Below, piece by piece: positions 24,521 to 36,458 of a stretch of DNA of 64,000 nucleotides (position 1 is the first letter of the stretch; every line of letters begins with the position of its first letter). A model generated the notes under the pieces. That model had not been told where the DNA came from and made no database searches. It was given only the letters and a program-made list of their open reading frames with translations. Source of the stretch: Fistulifera solaris (lineage: Eukaryota); NCBI GenBank assembly GCA_030295235.1, contig AP026133.1, positions 868,001 to 932,000 of the forward strand, given 5' to 3'. A program made the position numbers and the translations under genes.

Positions 24521-24693
24521 AAGGGAAAAACTGGCGCCTCGAAAAAATTCACGACCGCATTTCGGCAAATCATCGTATTATACCAGTACGGAGTAACAAT
24601 TAACAATTGATTAGAAACTATAATATGTTCCTAAGACCCTCAAGATTTCGTCACACGCAAAATACTAATGGAGTAATCATCCGTGTGTGTTGG

Positions 24694-25713
24694 ATGGCAT
24701 CCTATAGCCGAATGTTGGACATGGGCGGAGTTCCCAGTAGCATGCACAAAAAAACGGGCAGCATCAACGCCAGCAAAAACTGCAAAGTACAAGCCATCTG
24801 CTTCGACTTTGGTACTTTGACGGGTTCAATCTCCTCAAAAGAAAAGGAAAAACTTCTCTTAACAAAAGTGACTCGTGTCTCGAACGAAGAACAACGTCAA
24901 GAGCTGGGGGAAATCATGCCAAAAATAACGCAAATAGCCGATATATTGAATGTAAAAATGGGAAACGAAGAAAGGATATCTTCGGATCGCACTTTATCTT
25001 CCAAAGAAGTCGCAGATTTATCCCGGCTGATGGAAGCCGATTCTTCAAGCGAGACGAAAGTGGTTGAAAAGGAAACAAATCCTCTATTACGGTCCGATGT
25101 CCGTTCGAAATACGCGGCTCGATTGGCGAGAAAAGGTGTTGACTTAGCTGGAGTTGATCGAATGAAGCAGCGCTTAGAAGACGAAAGATCAAATTCAAGA
25201 GGAGACGCTGCTAGTCATTTTGCTGCCCGAAAAATCGCACTGAGTGAGCCATCGGCGGCCAGTGGTGACAAGTGGATGGCTCTGACTGGTACGGGGGCGT
25301 TGTTACAATATCTCACGCAAAGGTCGATGAAGATCTGCTTGTTTCCAAGTCCTACATCATTCGAAATATCAAATAAGGAAGAACGAGATAGAATGGAACA
25401 GATGAAGGCTCAGCTGAATGATGTAAATTTTCACTCATTAATCAAGACGGGTAGCGATGCTGAACATGTTTTGCAAACTGCCCTGCGTGACCTAGCCTTG
25501 GACAGTCCTTTACGGATTCTCGTGGTTTCAGATCGGGATGAATATATTCGAGTCGCAAAAGAAAGTGGGCTAGTTACTTGTCGTATCATTCCGCCAAATG
25601 CTCGTCGGGGTAACGTCTCGGCTCATTATTCTGTTCCTTCTGTCCCAGATGTGAAAGACGTAGTCGATGAGATCAATGGCATCTCATTCAATGCTGTACT
25701 GCAAGGAAGATGA
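24694..25713 (+). CDS. Uncharacterised HAD-like fold protein
   Basis: Long ORF. VQAICFDFGTLT resembles motif I but lacks the second Asp; ILVVSDRDEYIRVAKESGLVTCRI resembles motif IV. Confidence 0.65.
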   Translation: MASYSRMLDMGGVPSSMHKKTGSINASKNCKVQAICFDFGTLTGSISSKEKEKLLLTKVTRVSNEEQRQELGEIMPKITQIADILNVKMGNEERISSDRTLSSKEVADLSRLMEADSSSETKVVEKETNPLLRSDVRSKYAARLARKGVDLAGVDRMKQRLEDERSNSRGDAASHFAARKIALSEPSAASGDKWMALTGTGALLQYLTQRSMKICLFPSPTSFEISNKEERDRMEQMKAQLNDVNFHSLIKTGSDAEHVLQTALRDLALDSPLRILVVSDRDEYIRVAKESGLVTCRIIPPNARRGNVSAHYSVPSVPDVKDVVDEINGISFNAVLQGR

Positions 25714-25732
25714 AAGCCCATTCACTAGCCCC

Positions 25733-27298
25733 TCATTTTTCACTAGCCGAACTGAATTTTTGTAAAACCCTATCCCACCATTTCCTCGAAGTCATTTCTG
25801 TCAGGCGACTGATAGCTCTCCTGTAAGCATGTGGCTTGTCTCTACGGACACGTTCTACGTCTCCGATCAAAGCATCTGAGTTCATCGTCCAATCCTCATT
25901 CGAATCCAGTGAATCGTTTTGTGTAGAGGGCACTGAAGCAAAGACAGCGTTGGGCGGGACGACACTGGAGCAAAGCAGAGCTCCGCGCGCTTCGTAGAGC
26001 TCGTCCATGAGTATGACAAAGCGTCTGGCCGGATCGATGTCACGCATATCTGATAGATCGAGAATCGGTATATTTTTGAGAATTAGGATGGGAAAGTGGC
26101 GAGCAATCGCGCGAAATTCCAAGGTACCATAATCTTTTTCGCGACATAATTCATCAAATGTAAATTGTCCTACCCCGGTTCCCGGGACAGAAATGTGCCG
26201 CTGAAAACCAACATCAAGATTAACAAATGTGGATGGATCGGAGCTAAATTCAAAGAGTAGGTCTTCCGTGATTGATTCCATTCGCTCTGCTTGGGATTGG
26301 AGATCGTCATTATCAGGAAGCAGATACATGCTCTCTTGGTTCAAAAGGCTTGGCAAGGTCCGATAGTCCACAGTCGAGTCCAGGTGATGAATGATACAAT
26401 GATGCTGTAATAGAGCTACAAATCTGGAAAAGAACATGTCGGTGCTACCTTGGTATGACGACGACAAATTATCAGGAGGCTGATTGGATGTAGACACTAC
26501 AACCGTCCCCAATGTGAGCAAAAGTTCCAACAGTTGCGTTAATATGTAGGCATTGCCAACATCGGTCACTTGTAGTTCATCCAGGCATAATACGGTCGTT
26601 TCAGTTGCTATTTGTATCGCTACATGCTGTACAGGATTGGTAATATATTCCTCGGGATCGAAAGTGACCTCTGCATTCGGTGCGTCGCGTTCGCTGATTG
26701 CTGTATGAGCCTGTTGTTGCTTTCGTACGTCGTGAATCCTTTGATGTAGCTCGTTCATAAAGGAATGAAAATGGACTCGACGGCCTTTGTTTTCCCGCTT
26801 GTTATATAGATCGAAAAATGTATCCATTAACATGCTTTTTCCGGTCCCCACCGATCCATGAAGATACAACCCGCGTGGTATACGAGGGAGTACGGGGCGT
26901 GCTGTGTCGTTATAAGATTGTTTCTGTTCAGAGATTTCGGAAGTATCGGTCCTTGAATGAACGTTCGGGAGCATTTCTTCCTGTTTCTGCTGCTCGTTCC
27001 GTCGCTGCTCTCGAATACGTTCACTTTGTGTCCGATGCCATGTTTCTACAATCGGCAGATTAGAGTAACCGGTCACTGCTTCCAGAAGTCTATCAAACCG
27101 TTTTGCAGCTCTCATTTGAATTCGATCTGCTGTTAATTCCCCCCGTCCAACTCTTTCCTGTAGCTGATCAGCTACGGAACCAAGAAGGCGACCGAACACC
27201 CACGCACTTGACAGCGGAAGAGTTCGTTTCCTCCTCGCTAACTGCCGGCTGCCGCTCAAAGACCTGCACTGCATGTGACCCAGCAATCTTGTGTTCAA
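25733..27298 (-). CDS. AFG1/LACE1 (ZapE-like) ATPase
   Basis: RGLYLHGSVGTGKSMLMDTF (Walker A), RVHFHSFM, LCLDELQVTD (Walker B), STSNQPP, DYR, ARRFVILMDELYE, RAISRLTEM. Arg/Ser-rich N-terminus suggests mitochondrial targeting; exact start uncertain. Confidence 0.92.
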   Translation of the reverse strand: MNTRLLGHMQCRSLSGSRQLARRKRTLPLSSAWVFGRLLGSVADQLQERVGRGELTADRIQMRAAKRFDRLLEAVTGYSNLPIVETWHRTQSERIREQRRNEQQKQEEMLPNVHSRTDTSEISEQKQSYNDTARPVLPRIPRGLYLHGSVGTGKSMLMDTFFDLYNKRENKGRRVHFHSFMNELHQRIHDVRKQQQAHTAISERDAPNAEVTFDPEEYITNPVQHVAIQIATETTVLCLDELQVTDVGNAYILTQLLELLLTLGTVVVSTSNQPPDNLSSSYQGSTDMFFSRFVALLQHHCIIHHLDSTVDYRTLPSLLNQESMYLLPDNDDLQSQAERMESITEDLLFEFSSDPSTFVNLDVGFQRHISVPGTGVGQFTFDELCREKDYGTLEFRAIARHFPILILKNIPILDLSDMRDIDPARRFVILMDELYEARGALLCSSVVPPNAVFASVPSTQNDSLDSNEDWTMNSDALIGDVERVRRDKPHAYRRAISRLTEMTSRKWWDRVLQKFSSASEK

Positions 27299-27671
27299 AA
27301 TTGTCTTCGTAGAATGGACAAGATACCGTTATGTTTGTGATCAATAATCAATAACGACATGTGGTCGGTGTGAAAAGAGTTTCGCGTTTCGCAGTCACAT
27401 CAGCTGCAGCTGCAGCTAGCGCTACCGGGACTTACGGTACTCAAAACGTACATAATCCGCTAGTGTTGCCACCTGCGGTACTCAAGAGCTACAAAAGTGC
27501 AACAGTCAAATTCATCCTGGAGTCTTTTTTTTCCTCGCGATTGCGTTTCCCATTTTTTCACACTTCCCTCCATGCTTCATGCATTCTGCTTAGCATTTCT
27601 TTTCCCGTAACTCTTGACCGCTCGCAATACATTCGTTTTAACTACAGTCTATCATAAACATCATATAAAGC

Positions 27672-29073
27672 ATGTCTTTTGCTATGAATTCCGATTATAC
27701 AATCAAGCGCATCGGCAACAAAGGCGACTATCGTCTCATCGGTTTGGAAAAGGTCGAGAGTCTGGATGTATTCCTCAACGAAGTGGACGAGGCTACGCGA
27801 CTGTGGATTGAAGATCTCAAAGTGCTTGCGATGACAAGTCAACCGAAGCAGTCTCCCGGGGACTACATTCGCTTCAAGTGCGAAATTGATACAGACCATC
27901 CGATTCGCCCAACGCAAGTCCTTTTGTTTTACGGCAAGAAAGTCAAGTCGCTGGCTTTAGCCGTCGAACGCGTCTTGTCTCTCCCGGATGTTGGTCAAGA
28001 TCGCAGTGTCGAATTCTTGGGTTTGGCCGGTGGTACGAGCAAGAGCCTGATTTTCTTGCCTGCGCAGCTCGAAAAGTTGCTCACGGTACATGCTACCCGC
28101 TTGTACATGTTCACTTGCTTCGATCTTTCTCCTCAGCAAGCCATTGTACTCGCCAAACACAATCTAGAGGGTGTACGATTTTGCTCGGTCAGTGACAAAG
28201 GGAAAGCGTTGGTAAAGTATTTGGAACAAAACAATGACGAACGTACGTTGGGTGCATACTTGCATCCATTCGACAACGCGTGGAACAACATTGTCATGTT
28301 TTTGAGTCGCTCTCCTATCCGGTATTCGAGGAACTATTCTTCGATCCGTGTCACGATACAAACGCGGGCTGTAACGCTCAAATCGTCCAAGCAAATGTCA
28401 AGTCGATTGCGATAACTCTTAGTCGAGCCACTTCTTCATGCTCTGAACGATGGCACGCTCATGGCTCCCAAACTTGGCGCATGCTTTGACTCACACGATC
28501 GCAACCAAGATATATTCCTGGACTTCTACGAGATTGCTATTCATAAATTGTTCATTGCTATTTCTTCCACCAAGTGTCAACTGAAAGAGCTCTATTTGCA
28601 GTTGTCCCATGTTGCTGACAAAGATACTTTGCATTTCATCGTCGAAGAATTTCTAGCGCCAATGCTTGGACTAAACCAAAGTCTCGAAACGCTGGGTATC
28701 GAGTTCCTGGATAAGTCCATTCTGAAAATTATTGCAGCATCCCCGTCTGCGAAACATTGTTTTTGTTCCCTTTGAGGAACCATCTTTACGCGAGTATAGT
28801 TACCTTCGAGAATGGTATCCCCAGCATCCGTCCCATCACATTCGGTTCGACCACATGACAACAATTTTACCACATGAAGGACGCCGCGTCGTCACAAAAT
28901 GCCCGGTGAAAGAATGGCAGAAATTCGTGTTCTTTTGTCAATATAAGCGTCTTCGGCATGCGACCAACGAACGGGTCCGCTCTCATTTGCTGGTCAGGGC
29001 GTTGGCGAATCATTCGGATTCTCCGCAACAAGTCTATTTTCTGTTGCGTGGAAACCGAGACCTCTTAACGTGA
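27672..29073 (+). CDS. Lineage-specific hypothetical protein (RNI/LRR-like), paralog 1, frameshifted
   Basis: Fragments 27672-28415, 28280-28489, 28461-28775 and 28732-29073 are collinear with the intact paralog at 33877-35298. Confidence 0.65.
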
Positions 29074-30285
29074 ACCTGTATATTTTTGCGTGTGTAGAGG
29101 AGTAAATGGTAAACTTTATTTCAACGGTGCGCGAGTGATCGCCTGTAAGCTCGATTGTGAGTAATCATACAAAGTGCACTCTCAATAATCAAAGATCACC
29201 GAAGTAACTTTTTAGATGTTGCTGCTGCTGAATTTTGAACAATTGCACGAGTTGCCGACATGTCACCTTGCCTCTCCTCAAAACGTTTTGCGATCGAAGA
29301 GCATGGCCTTGGTCCTGTGTCCTGTCTAGTGCTATGTCCAAGCAGTACCGTGAAAAGCACACAGATAATGCTAGACATCCGCCACGTAAATGCAGTCAAT
29401 ACACATTCATTCCCGACACCAAACTTGTACCACCTGGCTAAGATTGTCTCGAAGTCACCCATAATAATCCAGTCGGCATTATGTCATTCAAATTGATACT
29501 GGGTTTGACTGATGACAAGTGTATAGATCAGGCCGCATGAATCAAATCAACGACACTGCGACACCAGCACATCAGTAAATGGTTGCACCTCGGCTAATCG
29601 CACGATTACCGATGATACCATCGTTTCGAAACGAAGCACTTCCTTTTGTCGCTATCACCCATAAATAAAATATCATAGCAGATTCCATGTTGAAGGGAAA
29701 AGTGCGCCATTCGCTCGTTTTCGCTCGCACGGACTACAGAATCCCAGCACATCTGATTTGACCGATCTGGAAGGATTTTTGAGCCATGGTGCTCCGTAAT
29801 TACATGATATCAGGCAGCTCGATCAAGATAATCAATTGTCAGACGAAATGCATGGCTGCTCATGCCGAACTTGACTGAAAATCTAGTGCGGTAGCCTCTA
29901 TCTGCAATGGCCAGCTTGCCTGGAATCATTTGCTGTAGCAAACCGCCAGCATTGTTACCTACTCTTATCGTTCTAAACAACGTGAAGGGAACGTTCATCC
30001 GATTTGAAGACAACGAAAACGATGGAGGTTTTTTTTATAAAAACCTATACCGGTACTCCTTTGTAAAAACAGTCTTTGTTGTTGCTCGTCCCAGCCTCCC
30101 GCGCGTCGCGGTCCGAACGAGCGGCGAAGTGGTGCAAGTTTGGCGAAAACACGCGATCGAATAAGTTGATTGAAATCTTTGATACGATGACCGAAATCTT
30201 TTAACCATTCTGTACCCGTGAAGCTCCACGCAAGCTGCTTCCTCGATGAATTCAGAATCGCGTTTCACGGAACACAATACGAAGA

Positions 30286-31752
30286 ATGACTTATTCAATC
30301 AAGCGCCTTGGCATGAAAGGCGATTTCTGTCTGTTTCATCTGCAGAATGTCGATAATTTCGATGTCTTTGTGAGCGAAGTAAACAAGGCTACGCGACTGT
30401 GGATCGATGATCTGGAGGTTTTTGTGAGGAATGAGGATAGACCAGCTCCTGATGGCTACAGTCGAGTGAGATGCGAAATAGATACATAATTTCGAGTTGA
30501 GGAAGAATCATCGCAGATTGTGACATTCTACGGGAAAGATTTGTCTTCTTTGACAACCACGATCATGTCCGTTTTTAGTCTACCGGATTCTCGAGAAGAT
30601 CGAGTCCTTCGTCTGCTGGGAATAATAGGAGAAGGCATTTGTACGGACCTGATTTTCTCCCCGGAACAATTGCAGACCCTTCTTTGCTCGCACGCGTCCC
30701 GCTTGTTTGAATTCCGGCAATTCAACCTCTCAGCAGAGCAATCTGTTATGCTAGCGAGAAAAACTGATCTGAATGGCCTCTGGTATTGTCCAGTGCAGGA
30801 TAAAGGACTGCTGCTATTGGATTATCTTCAGCATCACAACGGAAGAAGAACCTTGGGTGCGTTTTGTAATCAATTTGGCTTTGACGATGCTTGGGAGAAC
30901 ATTGTCACATTCTTGTGCCAATGTACATACCCCTTGTTTGAGGAAGCTGTAATAGATCAGCACAATATTCATCACCGTGATTCGCATGTGAACGCTCTTC
31001 TTGCTCGGGCAAACGTCAATTCGTTGACGATAATTATTGATCCTTATCTATTTCATCATAGTGACGAATGTGAGCCGATTGTCGAAGCCTTACGCAATGG
31101 AAGTTTTGTACCGCACAAACTTTGTTTGTACTTTGATACATATGATCTTTTTCGGGATGAAGACATCGAAGCGTTTGAGACTGTACTAGATGAACTGTTT
31201 GGTGCCATGTCGTCGAGTGAATGTCAATTGAAAGAGCTGGACATGCAGTTAGAATTGGCTCAGCTAACTAGTACTGCTGGCGTCTTTGAACAGCACTTAA
31301 TCGACATGCTAGAAGAAAATACGAGCCTCGAGACGTTGACCATCGAAAGCACCGCCGGTCCTTTACAATTTCCAGCAATGAGGGTCTTGGAAAGTGCAGC
31401 GAAGCATCCGCGTCTTCGAAAAATTGTCTTCTTGCCTCCTTATGGTCGTAATCCGCCGCCGATCGATCAGTCCGACCTATTTCAGATGTGGCATCGCACG
31501 AATCTTTCCCATTCTATTCAGTTTGGTGATTCGCGTAAGGTTAGACTTCAAGAAGGTTGCCGTGTCGCAACTAAGTTTGAGGTTGAAAAATGGCAGGATT
31601 TCGTCTTTTATGATCGATTCGAGCTTTTACGCCAAATGGAGGACGAAAATGTTCGCTGCCATATGCTTGTAGTAGCTTTGGCAAGTCATTCTAGTAATCC
31701 CCAGCGAGTCTATTCTCTGTTGTCGAGAAATCAGGACGTTTTTGCAAAGTGA
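30286..31752 (+). CDS. Same family, paralog 2 (in-frame TAA at 30487-30489)
   Basis: ORFs 30286-30489 and 30520-31752 share a frame and are separated by one stop. Motifs RLWI, LIFSPEQL, RRTLG, CQLKEL, SLETL, HPRLRK. Confidence 0.7.
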
Positions 31753-32124
31753 GTAAATCAAGCACGACCTGCTGTTTGTTTCTAGTCTAGCTTGTTGTTT
31801 TGACTGTAGGACAAGAGAGCTAGTGATCTTTTGAAATGGTTGCCATGCCTCAATTTATAGCCCAGAGCAGAGACTGGGAGTATCGTCTCTATAATGATTT
31901 GATTTCATGCAACTAATTCAACCTGGCAAAACGGGACGATTGAAATTGGGACCTCTCGACGGCGTTTACTCGTAAGGGTGATCATGTTAACAATTTAAGT
32001 CGGAACAATCACGGCACGTTTTCTTCTGTAGTCCGGAAATCTTTCGAGAACTCCAATTCTGTACGTTTTAGGCCTATACGGTTAATAACTCAGATATTCT
32101 CAAACATCGGTTCTTCACAATACC

Positions 32125-33482
32125 ATGTCTCATTCAAACAAGCGTCTCAAAACGAAAGACAGCTCTTTCTTCATCGATCTAGAACGTGCCGAGAGTCTCG
32201 ATGTGCTTCTGGGCGAGACAAATGCAAGACAAACAGATCTGGATTAGAAATTTTGATGTTTTCGCAACGACCGACGACACAGCATCACATGAGGATTGCA
32301 TCCACTTGAAATGCAACATTAATTCTGACACAGACTTATCAGTACTGCTATCGTTCTACAGCAAAACGTTATTGTCGTTGACGTCAACGGTAGAGCAGGT
32401 CCGATCTCTCCCTGAATTACGCAAAGAGCTAAACATCGGATTTTGGGGACCAATGGACGAAACGTACGAGGACTTGATTTTCACGCCAGAACAACTAGAA
32501 AAAACTTTTTGTCTCGAGGGACACGCACGCACTCGTTCTGGTATCTCAACCAGTCTCCTGAGCAATCCGTCGTGCTCGCCATCTGGTTTTGTTCTATAAG
32601 TGACAAGGGTCTAGCACTGATAGATTGGTTAGGTCATCATAATCAAAGAAGAACGCTGGGGTCGTTCTCGTGTCAATTGTACAATGCATGGCAGAGCATC
32701 ATCAATTTTTGTGCCGTTCGATGTACCCTGTCTTTGATCAGATTGTCTTGGACCAGTTTCACGGATATAGCAATATCTCTTTGGCGTATGAACTCCTTGT
32801 CAGCGCAAATGTCGGGTCAATTTTTGAGCTCATAAATCCTTTTAGATTTGTGATCAATGAGAGCAAAATATTGATTCAAAGCCTCGATCATGGTACGCTT
32901 CGATGCCCCAAGCTCGAATTGTGTTTCGATGCAGGAAGCTCCGAAGTAGATCATAAGCTCGACATTTTTTGAAGTTGGGTTCAAGCGGTACGCTCATGCC
33001 ATGTCTTCACTCAAATGCACGTTGAAGGAACTTCATTTACGGTACGGCTCAGTAACTCGGCGGTTGTCTTGAAAGTTACTTGGTAGCGATGCTAAACGAA
33101 AACCAGAGTCTTAGCACTTTGGGAATCGACAGCCTCGTAGAACCATTAGGTTTCCCTGCAATGGGGATACTGCATGCAGCAACAGAGCATCCCAAACTCT
33201 GAACACTGACCTTCATCCACCCTGCCACCCTTGACCCACCTAATTCTGACAGTTCAGAACCGTACCAAGTGTGGGTTCGGGCAAATCTTTGCCATTCTCT
33301 TCGCTTCCACAGCTCCCACTCCGATACGAAATACAACAAAGAGCAATGGCAGGGCAGCATCTTTTTCAGTCGACGCAGCCTCCTTCAATACGTACCGGAC
33401 GAACGAATACGTTCATACCTGCTTGTCGCTTTACTCGCAAATTAGCAACACTCTCTGCAACGAGTTTGCAAAACAAATGTAA
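32125..33482 (+). pseudogene. Same family, paralog 3, degraded
   Basis: Family motifs (IWIRNFDVF, LIFTPEQL, SPEQSVVLA, RRTLGSF, NQSLSTL, HPKL) are scattered over several frames, with a short deletion and a decayed C-terminus. Confidence 0.7.
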
Positions 33483-33876
33483 AGGACTGAACGTTGAGGA
33501 AATATAGCCTCTCGTCCCCGTACTCCAGGTTCATCGTAGAGAAAGCCCGTGCAGTGAAATCTTGCTGCGCCGTATGGTGAAAACCATGAGGTTACATCCA
33601 AGTCGCCTAGAATGGAAAAATGCATACCGTGCCGAGCGTGTGTTTTACATTTCAAGATTCTTCCATTCGGAAGAATGATTTTCAAATGTTCGCAAAAGGC
33701 CCTGAATCTTTCTGAAGGAATCATTCCGGAAAAAGAGAACTCTCTCGTGGTGACGGTTCTCATCTCTGTTTACAAGTACTTTTCAAAAGCCCCGGTTGAG
33801 GCTTTGAATATGTTCAAAACTTTTGAATCATCCTTCAAAGATAATTATTTTAATAGAAAAGAACACAACTGCCATT

Positions 33877-35298
33877 ATGCTGCAATCCGGCACGAGTTTT
33901 ATGTCGCCGTGTGATGATTGTTTAGTTGACTTGGAATCAGTTCAAACTTTTGACGCGTTCATTGGTGCGGTCAGCAAAACAAACCGCTTGTGGATCAGAA
34001 ACGTCAACGTGTTTACCACAATTCACAGTTGCCCATCTTTTTATGGATACATCCAATTCAAATGCAATATAGATTCTAACAAACAGTCGACATCATCGCA
34101 TACCATAACGTTCTGTGGCAAAGACGTGACATCGCTAACTTCGATCATCGAAAGTATCTTGTGTCTTCCTGACACGAAGTTAGAACGTTCCATCGCATTT
34201 TCCGGTGCCAGTGAGGATTACGAGGATTTGATTCTTACACCGGAGCAGTTGCACCGGATTTTTGATGCCCATGAATCCCGCTCGTACTCATTCTGGTATC
34301 TCAATCTTTCTCCTGAGCAATCAGTCATCCTAGCGGCCAAAACAAATATGGAGGGTATTTGGTTTTGTTCATTGAGTGATAAGGGCCAGGCTTTGGTCAA
34401 TTGGCTCGAGAATCGTAATGAACAAAGGACGTTAGGGTCGTTCTCGTGTCAGTACTATGGTGCCTGGGAGAATATTCTCAAATTTGCGGGCCGCTCGCCG
34501 TACCCAGTCTTCAACCAGATCGTGTACGACCAGTTCTATGTCGTCAACAGCGATCCGTACCGATACTCACTTCTTGTCAATGCAAATGTCAATTCAATTT
34601 CGGTCTTGGTTAACCCATATAGTTTTGCGAACGGCGAATGCGACGTACTTCTTCAGGCTCTTGGAAACGGAACTATGGTATCTCCAAAAATAGAGTTTGA
34701 CTTTGATGCAGACAGCTCCGTACTCGACGAGAGACTGGCGCTGTTCGAGACTGGCCTTCGCGCTCTGTTTGCAGCAATTTCTTTGCCTGAATGCACGCTG
34801 AAAGAACTCGATTTAAAAATGGAAACGGTTCGGCTCAGCAGGTCTGGGCTTGTCTTTGAAGAGCACATTATCGACATGTTGCAACAGAACAAACGCCTGG
34901 AGACATTGGGTCTCAACTGCACCGTAGCACCATTGCAATTCCCCGCCATGGGGATCTTGAACGCCGCTGCCCAACATCCGTGTCTTCGGAAACTAGTATT
35001 CATTCCTCCACCTCATTTGGAGCCACCCGCAGTAAAACCCTTTTCACCGTTTCCACTGTGGATTCAAAGCCATCTGGACCACTGTATCTCTTTTCATGAT
35101 TGGGGACGTAATAGTGCGAAACAACAGAGGGAAAAGTGGCAGAATTATATCTTTCTCAGTCGCTTCGCACTTTTGCAACAGGTCAACGACGAACGGATGC
35201 GGTCTCATTTACTAGTCATGGCCTTGTCAAATTACTCATCTGCACCGCAAAACGTCTACTTTCTCTTGTCTCGAAACGTAGATGCTTTTGCGAAGTAA
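33877..35298 (+). CDS. Same family, paralog 4 (intact)
   Basis: Uninterrupted ORF ending ERMRSHLLVMALSNYSSAPQNVYFLLSRNVDAFAK. Confidence 0.8.
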   Translation: MLQSGTSFMSPCDDCLVDLESVQTFDAFIGAVSKTNRLWIRNVNVFTTIHSCPSFYGYIQFKCNIDSNKQSTSSHTITFCGKDVTSLTSIIESILCLPDTKLERSIAFSGASEDYEDLILTPEQLHRIFDAHESRSYSFWYLNLSPEQSVILAAKTNMEGIWFCSLSDKGQALVNWLENRNEQRTLGSFSCQYYGAWENILKFAGRSPYPVFNQIVYDQFYVVNSDPYRYSLLVNANVNSISVLVNPYSFANGECDVLLQALGNGTMVSPKIEFDFDADSSVLDERLALFETGLRALFAAISLPECTLKELDLKMETVRLSRSGLVFEEHIIDMLQQNKRLETLGLNCTVAPLQFPAMGILNAAAQHPCLRKLVFIPPPHLEPPAVKPFSPFPLWIQSHLDHCISFHDWGRNSAKQQREKWQNYIFLSRFALLQQVNDERMRSHLLVMALSNYSSAPQNVYFLLSRNVDAFAK

Positions 35299-35329
35299 AC
35301 TAAAACTCTGCCATGTCTCATCACACCTT

Positions 35330-35917
35330 TCATGATTTCGTGTTTGTTGATGTAGAAGAGCTCCAATAGTATACATGTTGTCGGGCGCCCGAGAATAACA
35401 GCCGCTTCGAATACCACAAGTGAAACGGATAAAGGAATCGAATGACGGCATTGGGCTCTTTCGTCAAGGTTCCGAACTGATAGGTAATTTCTTGATCGTT
35501 CGGAGAGATTGCCAACCACGTCAAAAAGGGACCGCTGTCTAATATAAGTTCGTTTCTAGTGACAAGCGATTCATCGCTTTGCTTTTCTTCCACGACGCGA
35601 AAGAATCCCGATCCGAATGACGCTGGCTTTGTATCGGGACGAGGAGCAGCGGACCGCTGATGGTTCAAGTCCATGCACCAACGAATCGATCGTAATAGCA
35701 ATGACTCCAACCGGAATGCTTTGCTTCGAAAGAAGCACATAGCCCAGCGTTGTGCCGAGAAACTGTCGTTTGCACTCATTTGCTGCGTAAAAGAAGGGGC
35801 TGTGACACGCAATGCCAAGCAATCCTGAATCGAACAAGGGTGACGCTGCGCATGAAGCGCCAAAAGTGAATCCTTCGGCGCTGCGCATGCTACTATTTTG
35901 GAGAATTTCATTTTCAT
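35330..35917 (-). CDS. Hypothetical protein
   Basis: ~195-aa ORF from MKMKFS with protein-like segments (FFRSKAFRLE, TWLAIS, YQFGT, PFHLWYSKRLL); divergent from the TRIC gene. Confidence 0.5.
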   Translation of the reverse strand: MKMKFSKIVACAAPKDSLLALHAQRHPCSIQDCLALRVTAPSFTQQMSANDSFSAQRWAMCFFRSKAFRLESLLLRSIRWCMDLNHQRSAAPRPDTKPASFGSGFFRVVEEKQSDESLVTRNELILDSGPFLTWLAISPNDQEITYQFGTLTKEPNAVIRFLYPFHLWYSKRLLFSGARQHVYYWSSSTSTNTKS

Positions 35918-36079
35918 AGATGAATGATGTGTTGTATGAATGAGGAAGCGAAAGGAAGAGGGAAAAAGATGTACTCGGCAATAAATGAGTCGACGCAACA
36001 GTTAGCATGAAAATGTGCGGCAAGTGTCTCAATCTTTCGGTCGAGGAGGAACTCGTCGTGACGTGCGTGCTCACACGCT

Positions 36080-36168
36080 CACACCCCAGAAAATCTGGGG
36101 GTGTGGCGACTTCACATGCCCAGAAAATCTGGGTGTGTGATATTTTCGCGTTTCCAGAAAATCTGAGG
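36080..36168. repeat. Three outlying copies of the CCAGA-AAA-TCTG(G) hairpin motif
   Basis: CACACCCCAGAAAATCTGGGGGTGTG, CACATGCCCAGAAAATCTGGGTGTGTG and TCCAGAAAATCTGAGG at ~34-bp spacing. Confidence 0.85.
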
Positions 36169-36458
36169 TGTAATAAGCTTCTCAACAGTTACTATAGCTC
36201 CGATGTGTTGTCTGGTTTTCGCCACGACTGCATTTCGGTCATGAATAATGAAGGATTTTTTTTACAATTGATGATCGTGATCTCGCGTCATTTTTCGCAT
36301 TTTTTTTGTTCGATAAATCATAAATAAATAATAATGTTGCCCTTAATGTCTTGTATTCAGTGAAAATACTGTCACGAGACAAACTTAAATTAGGGAGCAT
36401 CCGTATTTGCTGCTACTTCTAGAGGTTGTACCCCACCAGGCAACACAAACAAATCAAA

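Noticed and set aside
23649..24610. Repeat-protein ORFs (TGPENLDQLY / LVQKIWTSCI / WSRKSGPVVF)
   Set aside because: The ~68-bp period is not a multiple of three and the same peptides appear in all frames, so these are by-products of a stop-poor DNA repeat.
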